Assembly (NCBI RefSeq): GCF_964204645.1
Contig: NC_134027.1
Span: 27,118,560 to 27,182,559 of the forward strand
Direction of reading: 5' to 3'
Source of the DNA: Tubulanus polymorphus
Taxonomy: Eukaryota > Animalia > Nemertea
DNA length: 64,000 bases
The notes below the pieces were generated by a model. That model was not told the DNA's origin and made no database searches. It worked only from the letters and a program-made list of their open reading frames with translations. The translations under genes were made by a program, and so were the position numbers. Below, one piece after another: positions 30,927 to 44,939 of this stretch (position 1 is the first letter of the stretch; every line of letters starts with the position of its first letter).

Positions 30927-32371
30927 ATGGCTGTTTATTCATCAGACCACAATCATCGATGTGCTTTAACATGAAACTAAGCTTTATACTTACAGTAGAA
31001 TTAAGATACACTATTGTGAAGCCATACAGCTGGCTTTAGGAATCTTAACGGTAAATGTACTTGTACTTAGCTAATCTTCCTTTTGAAGATATCAGGGTAA
31101 GGTTTGTACATTAAGATGTTGAATGGGGGTTTATCATTTTGTATTTGAGGTGGTAATTATTTCAATATTCAAGTGACTGAGATTTTGTTTTGTACTGAAT
31201 ATCTACGTGAATAAATGCATATTTTCTTTTGCCTACAATTGTGGTGTAAGTTTTATACTGTTTTGAATTTCTCCTCTTGTTTTCACTGATATGACAGAAT
31301 GCAAACAAGACTTCGACTTTGTGACGACAGCGAATCAGTTTTTTTTCTGAGGAACATCTACCGGTACCCCAGATATAACGATGGATCAACATACTCTACA
31401 AAAATAGAAAACCTTTTATAATCATAACATCTTTATTTTCAAGAGAAAAGCCCTACAAAAACATACAAACTAATACATCGTTTAGATATAGAACATTCTT
31501 CATCCGATGACGTTGATTGAAATATTTTCAGTTAAGAAAATTTTACTTCGTACAAATATCTTTAAAATGTATATTTTTCAGGTGCTGAAATGAAGAAATA
31601 TTCACACATTAACATTTCTAAAACTAAAACTTCCAAATTCTATCGAGATGCTGCGTTGTAAAACTGTTTAAAAAGCAAGATACAATTCGGTCGATTAACT
31701 GAATGAACAGCAGTATGAAAACAGCCCAAAACTAATTTACACAGGTGAATAAATCACTCAAAATATCAATAACCAATCAACTATAACTGTAAAATACTAA
31801 AAACAAATGAATAAATGCAATGAGAGGATGAATCTTGGGTATTCATACAAAATAGAAAAGTAACCAGTGAAATCTATATACAGAGTCTCTCTCGAAAATA
31901 CAACAACTAGAATTTCGTTTTCAGCATCTTAGAGTACAAAAATAGAAGAATTCAATAACGTACAATTATATTTTTTTCAGATGGTATTATTTTCAGTTTA
32001 AATTACCGTTTCACTGGTCTTACTTATCGGTCGTTCATGTATAAAACCAACCCACAGATTTCAGAGAACACGTTTATGATTAATACATCTAGACTTTCAT
32101 TATATCAATGTCTAGTTTAAACTTTGATTTCGCAATGAAATTAATGAGTTATTTTCATTTACAACTAATGTTAGTAAATACACTGTAAACTTGATGTTAG
32201 TTAAAAACGAAAGTTTCAAATGTTCATAAAGCATGTGCCAAGACCAATTATTGGCTTCTCCTGATGGATAAATGGTCCGAATGCCCCCTGGGCATCATAG
32301 ATGTTTGTTAATACATGCTTTATGAATGGGAACTAACTAACCTAACAACTACATGTAGTCTAATCACTCTC

Positions 32372-35300
32372 TTATTGTTGTTTACCAGTATTTGAATCAA
32401 TCTCGTTAGTGGCAACTTCACCGTTTTCAACTTTACACGTATCAGCTTCAATAAGTAAATCTTCACGATCATTAATCTCATTATCACTACTATTCTCAGA
32501 TACTGGTTGTTTCTCATCAGGTTTAGTTATGTTATTATCATCATCACCACGCAGTGACAAACAATCGAAAATGCGTCGAGCAAATGATTTTATTTCCGGG
32601 TGAGTACATTGCGTCAGTACGAATACTTTACTTCGTAACTTATGACCGTCCACTCCGTAGATTTGGTTATGCGTAGTTTCGGGCGAAGCGGCTTTAAACC
32701 GCGTCGGAAGATTAAACGACGTTATGTTGAAATCACGAACCGTTTCGACGACGTTCGTCAGAAACGTCACCCACCGAATCAACACGGCATCGTTACCATC
32801 CATTACGAGTAGCGATAGAAAACACATCGGAGCCTGAAATAATACACGAGTTTTCAAATATACTTTCGTTAGAAATGAATATAGATTTCATCGAAGTTTT
32901 TCTAATTATACAACGGTAAATTCAAACTTTAACAGTTAAATCATTATCTGATAAATCATCACATTACTGAAAGTTGTTTAGTTTTAGGTTCCGAATTTGT
33001 ATTTACAATTTATTTCACTAAGCGGAAAACATTATTTGGATAAGTCGTCACATTATTGAAGTCGTTTCTATTTTTGAGTCCCATATATATTTCTAATTCA
33101 ATCTACTAAAGTGTAAGTCATCAGTTGGAGAAATTGTCACATTAACGAAGTCAATAGTTAGCACTAAAAGGGTTAAATTCGTATTTTGGATAAGTCATCA
33201 AATCACTGAGGCTGTCTCTATTATTGAGTCCCAATTTGTATTTCTAATACAATTCACTAAGTTAAAGTCATCATTTGGATAAGTCGTCGCATTACTGAAG
33301 TCATCTCTATTTCTGAGTCCCAATCTATATTTCTAATTCAATATAATGATCGTCAAATATAAGCAGCGAGCTGCTGTGTATTTACCTTTGCGGCAAGAAG
33401 GTATGGCACCATATCACTATTAGTGGATAGATTAACAAGAATTCTCAATGCTTGTATAACGATAGCTGGTCTCGTAGAAGACAATAATTCATAAAGATGT
33501 TGTATATATTGCGTGTAGTGTTTATGAGTAGTTTGAAGCACGCACAGATTCGTCAGCGGTTGTAAAAGCGATAGATGGATTTCCGAGTTCGATGTTTTCT
33601 CGCTAAGTTTGATCAACGTCGGAATATTCTCCTGGAAAACACGCGAAGAAATCAAAATAACATTTTCCACGCAATTTCACTGATTAATGTTCGAATGATA
33701 TATAACTTACTGCTAATGAATCTTGATTTTCAGAGTTCATTGAAAGGTTATTAATAGCAGCACAAATAGATTGAAGCAAGTGATCGCTTCTGTCGTATCC
33801 GGCTTCCTCTGCCATTAATTGACTGTGCAGTAGAACGGTTAATTTAGACAGACACCCGGCTTCTCGCAAAGCATTCTAAAATAATCAAACACTTCCGTTA
33901 AGAACAGCATGAAACGGAATCATTGTTAAGTCCTCTACAGGGGCCGGTTGCAAAGTTATGGCTTCGACTTAAGACCAGTCTAAGACCAACTTAGTCCTAT
34001 AGCCAATCTAACAACTTAAGACCAGATTAAGATTTTAAACCACTTTTGGACTTTAGTCACGACAGTGCAACTGGCCCCAGGGTCTCCCCAGATCAGTTAT
34101 TCCTGGATTTAAGGAGAAAATTTCAACTGTACTGATTATGGCGTAGTTAACAGTACAACCTACGAGCAATTATCTGAAGTTATCTATAAGCAGTAGGTAC
34201 AAGTAGGTACAACTAAGCATTTCTAAAATAAATGCCTATTTCTCGAAATCGAAGGAGTTTTAAAGGGGTTTCTGACATTTTGCTCAAATTAAAGGGGTTT
34301 CAAGCACCTTTAAAAGCAATTTCTGTTTTAAGGAGTTTTTAAGGAATCAAGGATTTATGTTCTATTGAATCATCTATTTTTACCTGACTCGAAGTGAAAG
34401 CTGCACAATTAGCTACGATATTTAGAACCTTCGCCGTAGCGTCAGGATCGGCGTTCGGTTGGAGCAGAGCGATTAAAACCTTCGCTTGTCGAACATCCAG
34501 AGATCCGGCGCCTCCTTCGTCTAATTCACGAATAGTCGTCCAAACATCAGCTGTAGTTAGATTCTGTATCGGTGACGGAACTCGTGGTTTCTCATCCACT
34601 GGTTTGTTTAGCATCTGCTGCTGCTGCTGCTGCTGGTTCTGTTTTATTTCTTTTTCAATTTCACCTGTCTGTGATCCCTGTTAAATATAAATCATATTCA
34701 TTATCATTGAAGCCGTACTCTATCTATCAATATGAAATGTTAGATATGATAATAAACTGAAGCCTACATTTATTCAGGATATAATTTTCGAAAGCATTTA
34801 ACTCAACGTTATAACATCCGAGTGTCCATCGTTCAACACCTTTCCCTCGAGGTGCAGCAAACTGTGAACATCAACTGTACACAGTTTGTCAGACTTTGTA
34901 GTATAGTTTAACAGATATCCAATAGATGGCGAATGTATCAACCCTGCTTTACGAAAAATGGACACCGAGAAGATTAGTCCATGCAACGCAGACATTTCAA
35001 AATGATCGACAAAATCCTATTATATACTATCCCTAATAAACATGAAAAACAGCATTTTTTAAACAGCCAAAACCATGCGTATTGAACTAGAGTGTATTTG
35101 TTATACCTGCTCCTGCTGTTCACTCCTCACTGATTGTAACTGATTCAGTTGCGTAGCTAAAACTTCAGGCGGAATTGTGAAATATGCGCCTTGTTCAGGA
35201 CGAGGGGATGAACACTGAAATTCAGCTGGTAAATCACATAAATCAAGGGTATTTAACTGAGGTTCACTTTTAATACGTATAAACTGATCAGTTCTAGTAA

Positions 35301-36453
35301 CTTCCTCTTCAACATTGCGATAATAAGGCGACATCGACGCCCCTTCCTCGGGCCTCGGACTCGAACACGGGTATTCCTCGGGTATATCGGGTAAATCAAG
35401 CGTAATCAGTTTTGGACCGCTGATCACATGACGAAGACATTCACTTTCAGTTGTTCGAGTTTCAATGAATTTCTTCTTCGATTTGCTAAACCTCGTCGAA
35501 CCCGGGTACGACGAAATCGCTTCAGCTTTAGAAATAGATTCAGCTAAAATAACTTCATCTTCTTTCACCAGTGAAGTTAAATTTTCCGACGATTCTGATT
35601 CGGATTTTTTCTGTTCCGGATTCTTCGACGTAACTTCAGGCCAAACATCCGAACCAATTCGAAAGAAACAATGTTGAACCGGAGATAAAGGAAGCTGATC
35701 CTCGGAGAGAAAAGACTTTACGCTATCGGGAAATGAATTTGCCGAAGTAAACACTGAATCATAGAATGAATCACTCGTATTCCTAAAGTGAAAACTACCT
35801 TTACTATTATCGATACTATCGGTGGACCGCTGGGCTTCAAAGCGACTGTGAATCCGTTTCAAGATTAATGATGATTCAGGAGATGAGGAATCCTTACAAT
35901 TGCGCTGTTCAATGATTTGAGAAGTTGCACAATCCTTGCAGCCGCCGCTGTATAACTTACTGCTGTTGGAATCAGGTCGATTCTGCGAACAATTTGACTT
36001 CAGTTTGTTTTCATTGTTGACTTGATACAAACTGAAAGGAAGAAACCTGCTGCAACTCACCCCGTTCACAGTTGCTGCAGCTGCTGCTGCTGTTGTCTTC
36101 TGTTGCGCTGTTTCACTGTGATTCTCATTTTCAGTTTCTAAAACACATAAAGAACACAACAAGAAACAGATCAATTCACAGTTTGATGAAAGATGGAGAA
36201 GCAAGGATCGACTGATGTCTCAGACGAGATCGAGGAGTTTAGTTTTAGGATGGATGGATTTTGAGATGTTCTGATCTTCTCACGACAAAACGTGACCATT
36301 TAAAACACATATCGCGATTGATTTCACAAGCTACAGACCTTGACGCTTTCTTGATGCTAAATACTGGTGAATTCTGTAACCCAAATACAGACAGCCGGCC
36401 AGAAATGAGACGAAAATAACGGCCTTTCTTTTATTAGCCGTGGGGGCCGCCAT
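32372..36453 (-). CDS. ARMC10/ARMCX-like armadillo protein, about 770 aa; exons 36453-36339, 36137-35107, 34677-34384, 33875-33711, 33631-33386, 32833-32372
   Basis: N-terminal signal-anchor KRKAVIFVSFLAGCLYLGYRI, a long Ser-rich linker and ARM segments (NCAAFTSSQNALREAGCL, AINNLSMNSENQ, LQPLTNLCV, QALRILVNLSTNSDMVPYLLAAKAP). Exon phases are compatible. Confidence 0.8.
33037..33342. repeat. Degenerate repeat of about 80 bp, tandem here and dispersed at about 44950-45275 and 51826-51920
   Basis: TTGGATAAGTCGTC...TTACTGAAGTCATCTCTATT...GAGTCCCAATTTGTATTTCTAATTCAAT recurs. Confidence 0.7.
33938..34080. mobile_element. Harbinger-like MITE family C; copies at 23052-23180 (truncated) and 49094-49281
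   Basis: CAG-GGGCCGGTTGCA...TGCAACTGGCCC-CAG with internal TTAAGACCAG sub-repeats. Confidence 0.8.
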
Positions 36454-36576
36454 TTTGACCTTCAGGGATCATGTGACTTGTTCAATTCAATTTCACTTTA
36501 TTGAGCATGTAAGGTGGCAGCACCGGCCGGTAATAATTAACTAGAGTAGACAAGTCGAGTTGAAAACTTTACAATT

Positions 36577-37373
36577 ATGCCTTTTATGAGAGGAGCAGCG
36601 CCTATTAGGCGAACATTACAATACCTAGAGAAAGGATCAATAGTTTTAAAAGACAAGATAAAAGTTGTAACGATCAGTTATTGTACGAGTTTAAATCGTA
36701 AAGCTAGGAACGATGGAACAAGGTGAGCCGGGTCGGGTGCAGCTACTAATTACCGCATAACGTCCGATCAAAATCTCTTCCAACCTACATCGATACATCT
36801 CTTTAATTGCAGGAAATTTGTGTTTTGGCATTTACCACAATTACAATACAAGAATCCGGATGTACAGATTTTGACGTTCAGAGATATGACTCCATCTCCT
36901 TTTATAACTGCATATTTAGGTGAGTCTTGCTTGAATACACGGTTTGTCGATGGAAATTAATTCATAATTTTGTAATAAATGTTATTTGAAGTGTGTTGTT
37001 TGTTCTATTTCAGAAAATGATAAAAAGATACTTATTGAAACTGAAGGAAGAACTAAAGAAGAGATACACAATCATGTACAACTGGTGCTTGGCAAATCTG
37101 TGTAAGAACCTCCCCTCGCCCCCCCCCCTCTCTCCTACCACCCAGATATAAATCTACAAATCTAAACTTCTCACTTCTATTGTTTTTAGAGAGAAATTGA
37201 AGGTAGAAAAGACGGAAGAAACAATAAATCCAGCTAATTTTGGTAATGGATTCCAGCGCTGGTGTATATGCGAGGTACCCGGACAAGTTCCGTGTCCGGC
37301 GTTCGTGCCGTTACCAGAAGAAATGACGGGAAAATATAAAGTTAAAAAATATCAAGAGTCGCAAGAATCTTAA
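36577..37373 (+). CDS. MRPS25: Mitochondrial ribosomal protein mS25, 4 exons
   Basis: [41 protein letters not shown] and [12 protein letters not shown]. Confidence 0.95.
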
Positions 37374-37812
37374 TCAAAGACAGTATTTGGATCTATTACT
37401 TCAATCATGCAGTTTTGTGTTAGATGAAATCAGTTTTTTGTAAATAAATTATTCTCAAAATTAATGAATTTTGGTTTGTTTTCTTTGTGCTGAGGTACTT
37501 TCCAGAAATTCAAGATAATCTGTGGAATTTACCCATATATTTCCTCCTATATTTGGTAAAATTTTTGAAATGACTTTCCTGAAAGAAAAATTTAAAAGCG
37601 ATGGATCTCAAAAATGCCTCCAATTCTCGAGGTCCAGTTTCAAGTTTTTAGTGAAGTTCTTGGTTTGAATAACTATCAATGAGGATAACAATTCAAATTC
37701 AACAGTTTTAAGCTTAAACTTATACCATAAAACTGGACTCTGTTCCAAATGAGACGATAACATTAAAATTCCTCAAATTCTACGAATATATGATATTTAT
37801 TTATTTCTGGAA

Positions 37813-39312
<1,500 letters not shown>

Positions 39313-39991
39313 TTAAAAAATGATCGCAGTTCGGTCAAAAATCTTCAAACCGGAAATGCGCAACCGGCTCCACATGTAATCAATACCGCTCGCTTCAAAA
39401 TATTCATATTACTCGCGTGCAACAGTCATGAATACTTTCCGTCGGACTAGTTCACAAATTTACCGTCTATGTTATGCATAGGGGCAGCACTTAACGGTCA
39501 AATTCTGTCACCGGTCGGAGGCGGCGGGCCGGCTGACGGACACATTACGTGCCTGTCGTAACTTTTCTTTGGCTGCCAAATATTCGAACTAATTCATCGG
39601 TCTTTAGATAATGAAAATCTTAAGTTGATAACTGATAGATCGAGGCGGTGAGGATCTTAATAGTGGATATTTCTCAACCAAAGACGACGGGATTTCCCAG
39701 GTGACCGAGCGACCCGGTGAAAACTGAACTGAATTGTAGTGATTACTTTATTACTTGCGCATTACTATTTATGATCTGCTAAAAGCACCGCACACCAGAA
39801 TAACCACAGAATCTGAGCTCTATGGAATGATACATAATTCGGGGTTGCCCCACGCGATATTTAATCGGCTTACACGTGACTGCACCTGGAGGGGTGCAGC
39901 ATATTATGGATGATTCCACATAGATTACAAGCTGTCGCAATCATTTCCTTAAAACTTTTTCTGCACGATCCGCGAATAACATCGGTCGATC

Positions 39992-40696
39992 ATGTTTCCA
40001 GCTGTCCGAGCTTTCGTTCGTACGACAACCACGATAGTTTTATCAAAAACTCCACCGCGAGTTAAACGAACTTTCGACAAAGTTTTCGGTAAATATTTAC
40101 TAATAACGAACATGTCACTAGCGACGACTTCAGCACTGACCGCGGATTTCTTACAACAGAAATATGAAATCTACTGCGATCGTCAAGATGGACTGGATAA
40201 GATTCGTTCGAAAAATATCGGCACGGCTTCTTTTCTAACATCACCGCTATTACATTATTGGTATATAGGATTAGACGCGTTAGTACCGGGAACTGGATTT
40301 CGAGTACTCGTAAAAAAAGTAATTCTAGATAATACGTTCGGTATCCCGGTCGATGTGGGCAGTTTCCTCAGTATTATGTCGTATTTGGAAGGGAAATCGT
40401 TCCAGGAATTCAAAGAGGCGATAATGGATAAAGGCAAAGAGATAGTTACAGTAGAATTGATAACATGTATTCCAGTAGCGATCATACAGTTCGGAATAAT
40501 CCCGTTAAGATTTCGCGTAGCGTTCGACAGCGCTGTAACTTTGTGTTTCGATTATTTATATTCGTATGTTTACTTTAAGAAACACGACCCGGAAGATGAG
40601 ACGATATTAGATATAATATCGTCGCATTCAGAAGACGATCCGTTAGCTCACGGTACGACTGGAGGTCATATCATGAAAATATCAGCGAGATGTTAA
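39992..40696 (+). CDS. MPV17/PMP22-family (MPV17L2-like) protein, copy 1, intronless CDS
   Basis: FGKYLLITN, DFLQQKYE, HYWYIGLD, VKKVILDN and IPLRFRVAFD, with four hydrophobic segments. Confidence 0.88.
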   Translation: MFPAVRAFVRTTTTIVLSKTPPRVKRTFDKVFGKYLLITNMSLATTSALTADFLQQKYEIYCDRQDGLDKIRSKNIGTASFLTSPLLHYWYIGLDALVPGTGFRVLVKKVILDNTFGIPVDVGSFLSIMSYLEGKSFQEFKEAIMDKGKEIVTVELITCIPVAIIQFGIIPLRFRVAFDSAVTLCFDYLYSYVYFKKHDPEDETILDIISSHSEDDPLAHGTTGGHIMKISARC

Positions 40697-40786
40697 AGAA
40701 TTTGACAAACGGGAAATGATTGGCAGGCGCTAATGAGAGTAAAAAAGTGAGAACATTTTCAGGTATATTCGTTCGTACAGTAGTTC

Positions 40787-40838
40787 AGTGGGTGGCCAGT
40801 GGGTGGCCAGTGGGTGGCCAGTGGGTGGCCAGTCGTGG
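40787..40838. repeat. 11-bp tandem repeat (CCAGTGGGTGG) x about 4.5
   Basis: Seen directly. Confidence 0.85.
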
Positions 40839-41959
40839 CCTCTTGATCGTTTCACAATGTTTCAGAGACAGTTATTAGTTTGCGCACATTAATAGAAAGA
40901 TAATCCTAATCAATTTAGTTTTGTTTTATCCTAATATTCTGTTAAACAACGTTGTTTTCATAAAAATAAAGTATATTTTGTTCACACTCCAATTAGTAAT
41001 TTGAATTCGGTTCATCTATCACAAATTGCCGTACTCGATTTTGCGCGACCGCAGCCTCCCGATCGAGCACACCTCCTCAGAATCTGGCCCGGCATTCATT
41101 AATTTTTCCAAACGGTAGTGCGGTGTGCCGGTAGCGAGTGGGTATTACGACCAGGATTTTCGAGATTTCGGGTAAGATTTTTGCAAATCCCCAGTGTGGG
41201 CAGCGGATGGTCACAGAGTGCGCCCGGGCCTCTGCGGCGCTCCGGTCGATCGAGTTGCCCAGAAAGACCACAAAAGCGTTTGAATTTGCCACTCATCCTC
41301 TCGAAAATAGTCGGGTTTGTTTCTTCTAAATCGATGCCGGCGCGCCGAGACGGGGACTCGACAACCACACCAACCCACGCGACACTGGCCCGGCGTGGCT
41401 GGCGGCCGGGCCGGGCCTTCTCTGGACCGGCCGGCCCGCACGCAGCGTCTTTGAATTAGATCCGTCGAGTTAAAATTCCCAATCATCTCATTCAATGCCC
41501 ATCACTCTCTCTCTCCTGGTCGCAGCCCCTGTGTCCCAATTCATCAACTTGACTCATCGAATTCACACCCGTACGCGCTTCATTTCTCCCAGTTTTTTTC
41601 CTAGTATGTTAATGCAGATAAATAAAAATCATAACTTTGAATTGATTGAATTAACTGATCGCCAGTAGGCGGTACTCTGGTCGATTATTCCAATCAATTC
41701 TAATTTACATTACGCAATCATGTGTGGATGAAAACAGGCTACAGAGACTCGTTACGCACCAATGAACTGATTGTTTTTGGTATTTTCAAAACACTGTATG
41801 AAATCTTTACAGTAAGGAGAGTGTAAGTGATCTTGAATTTCCTCTCTGGTGGTATATGATTGGATTTGTGATCCCCTTTTTAAAATAGGCCTATTCTTAG
41901 AAAATTCTAATCTTGTTACAGATTTTTATTGTCCGAGACAGCATTGACCAAATGAGATC

Positions 41960-42664
41960 ATGTTTCCAGCTGTTCGAGCTTTCGTTCGTACGACAACCAC
42001 GATGGTTTTATCAAAAACTCCACCGCGAGTTAAACGAACTTTCAACAAAGTTTTCGGTAAATATTTACTAATAACAAACATGTCACTAGCGACGACTTCA
42101 GCACTGACCGCGGATTTCTTACAACAGAAATATGAAATCTACTGCGATCGTCAAGATGGACTCGATAAAAACCGTTCCAAAAATATCGGATGTTCGTCGC
42201 TGATTAGTTCACCGTTATTACACTATTGGTATATAGGATTAGACGTTTTATTCCCGGGAACTGGAGCGCGAGTTCTCGTTAAAAAGATTCTACTCGATAA
42301 CGTTATCGGAATTCCAGCGGACATCGTTTGTTTTCTCAGTATTATGTCGTATTTGGAAGGGAAGTCGTTTCAGAATTTCAAATCTTCTTTATTAGAGAAA
42401 GGAAAAGAGATATTCACGATCGAGATTTTAGTTTGCGCTCCGGCCGCTGTTGTTCGGTTCGGGCTAATTCCGTTAAGATTTCGCGTAGCGTTCGATAGCG
42501 CTTTAACTTTGTGTTTCGATTATCTATATTCGTATGTTTACTTTAAGAAACACGACCCGGAAGATGAGACGATATTAGATATAATATCGTCGCATTCAGA
42601 GGACGATCCGTTAGCTCACGGTACGACTGGAGGTCATATCATGAAAATATCAGCGAGATGTTAG
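41960..42664 (+). CDS. MPV17L2-like protein, copy 2 (paralog of 39992-40696)
   Basis: Same length (234 aa). Near-identical N- and C-terminal thirds. Confidence 0.88.
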   Translation: MFPAVRAFVRTTTTMVLSKTPPRVKRTFNKVFGKYLLITNMSLATTSALTADFLQQKYEIYCDRQDGLDKNRSKNIGCSSLISSPLLHYWYIGLDVLFPGTGARVLVKKILLDNVIGIPADIVCFLSIMSYLEGKSFQNFKSSLLEKGKEIFTIEILVCAPAAVVRFGLIPLRFRVAFDSALTLCFDYLYSYVYFKKHDPEDETILDIISSHSEDDPLAHGTTGGHIMKISARC

Positions 42665-43066
42665 AAGGATATGTGTCTCTAAATCGGTCGTCTCTATTCT
42701 CAGGGCTTTTTCATCTACAGTATTAGATGGTATTAATAGATGATAGTAGAATCCCCGGTACACTCAGACGTGGAGAATAGATCATAAAATTGAAACCCAC
42801 GGGTTGACTCTCATGGTTTAAACATTGAAAATGTTGAGCCAGATCGTGTTATTTAAATGTAATTAACATATGAAATACTGGTAGTCAATTTATTGTTTTA
42901 ATGAGTTTGTAAATAATCTACATAATTGTTAAGAATTTATAGAATAACTGAGTTTATAGAATGTGCACCAATGAAGTGATTTTATTTATACAACTAATGT
43001 ACATGAACTGAAGACATGTTATTTTTATCAGAATAAAAGTTAAAATTGCGGGTTAATTTAAACTTC

Positions 43067-43696
43067 CTATTTTGTTTTCACGGATTCATACTTCAGCCAC
43101 GATTGATAAACGTCAATAGAAAGTCCGACCATGTTGTCAAACATGACGCGATACGCGAGAGGAATAATTGAATAAGTCATAAAAGTCACCGGCATGAAAA
43201 CAATGAGGCTCGTTTTTAATAATTCACGGCCTTTAGTTCGTAGTTCTTCGCGAACGTACGACCAGTGATAGTTTCCCTCGAGTGCGGCCATAGTCGTGAA
43301 AAACATCGCCGTATTTACGGGTTGTGAGATAACGCAATCGAGGACGAGTTTCTTCATAACTGCGATAAATCCACGTCCCGTAATCAACTTATCGATCATA
43401 TAAAACCAGTAATGATTAAACGGCCCGGTTACGAAACCTTTCACCGACATACGACACGTTCTCTGATAATCAATGCGGTCTTTATGATCGCGTAGTGGTT
43501 TACAGTAAACCGGACTAGTGCATCTATTAGATCGGGTTTCTATCTGATAACGTTGTTGTATGAAATCTCCGATACCTCCCGATATTACGGTTATGCTCGT
43601 ATTCACTATCAGTGAATATTTACTAAAAACAGTAGAAATCTTCGTCAGTATTGATCGATTACGTATAATCCACATGTGAATCAATAATTCATTCAT
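43067..43696 (-). CDS. Divergent third MPV17L2-like protein, intronless
   Basis: FSKYSLIVNT, GDFIQQRYQ, DYQRTCRM, GPFNHYWFYMIDK, KKLVLDC and IPLAYRVMFDN. Confidence 0.85.
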   Translation of the reverse strand: MNELLIHMWIIRNRSILTKISTVFSKYSLIVNTSITVISGGIGDFIQQRYQIETRSNRCTSPVYCKPLRDHKDRIDYQRTCRMSVKGFVTGPFNHYWFYMIDKLITGRGFIAVMKKLVLDCVISQPVNTAMFFTTMAALEGNYHWSYVREELRTKGRELLKTSLIVFMPVTFMTYSIIPLAYRVMFDNMVGLSIDVYQSWLKYESVKTK

Positions 43697-44863
43697 TGTT
43701 TAATAATTAATAAGAGTCCGATACATACTCTCTCCTATTTAATGAAGGTACATGGAATCGAGCCAGATTTGCTGATGTAATAGTTAAAACATGTGATGCA
43801 TGTTTAACCTATATTCATGTATTTAAATCCTTCAATTCATGTGTTATTTACCGGTTTGCGAGTGTCCACAATTCTATACTGGTAATCATTCTCGGGTCAG
43901 AAGTTATACAAAGTTCATATAAACTCATAGATTCAATAAACACCACAGAGTTGAGTAGATTTTGTTCGGGGAGAAATCCACAAAAATTCCTGAGCAGCTT
44001 TGAAGACTATTAAAAAAAAACCTTTTACCGCTTGTGATGATTATATGACAGATGGAACGGATCAAAAGTCAAAGAGATTTTAAAAAGTATTTTCCATAAA
44101 ATATACAATTTATTCATTTAGCTTCTCAGAATTGAGTGCAGCAGACGCTGATAGCAGAAACATTACACATACACTCACAAACATACATAGCATAATTCAA
44201 CTATTCATCAATTCTTATATTTTATACACAAACAAAAGAGAAAATCACAGAAATAGCTAATTATACATTAATAGAATGAACGAAAGTTCTATAAAATCTT
44301 TACACGCCATGAGTTCCAGCAATTAAACGAAATATTATCTACAGTTCTCTGATTATCGCGATGTTCCGACACTGAGCTCTCAGTATTTCCAAGAACAGCA
44401 AAAATAAATAACAACAAAAACAGTTTAACAAAAATGAACATAAAGCAAAATTTACAAAAGTTGTGATCATGATTTTATCGTTCAGTTCAATATTTCATTT
44501 CTTCATTAAACAAGGCAAATAATAAACGTGCAAATTATCAGAGACTTTACATCTATTTAAAAGTAGAGAGATGGTGAAAAAAAAACAAAATACATGGTTT
44601 TTAGATGTTTGTTTTTAGATATTTTATAATTTACATTTCTGTTTACCATATTTTATCCTGTATTTATACATAACCCATGTCATGATGTTCAATATACATC
44701 TATATATCATAAATAATGATTACTAGAACAAGCCGTTTTTTTTCTCTAATATTCTAATCCACTATTTACCAGCAGGATATATTTATACACATCTCAAATC
44801 TCATGCAATATTTCACTGAATTGACTGATTTCACAATGACTAGTAAACAAACTGTCGACTAAT

Positions 44864-44939
44864 AACCGTGTAGCACTGTTACATCGACTAATAACTGTGT
44901 AGCACTGTTACGTCGACTTATAACCATGTAGCACTGTTT
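44864..44939. repeat. 29-bp tandem repeat, about 3 copies, in the probable ATP9B 3' UTR
   Basis: Unit GTCGACTAATAACCGTGTAGCACTGTTAC. Confidence 0.8.

Noticed and set aside
34798-34995. Alternative first exon of the ARMC10-like gene
   Set aside because: No convincing splice donor or domain signal. It would need transcript data.
41030-41080. 7SK RNA (GGAGGTGTG...GATC on the minus strand)
   Set aside because: No complementary closing segment or terminal hairpin follows, and T-runs appear too early.
41077-41495. Overlapping ORFs in the GC-rich island as a transposase or viral gene
   Set aside because: Short, open in many frames because of GC content, and without recognisable catalytic motifs.
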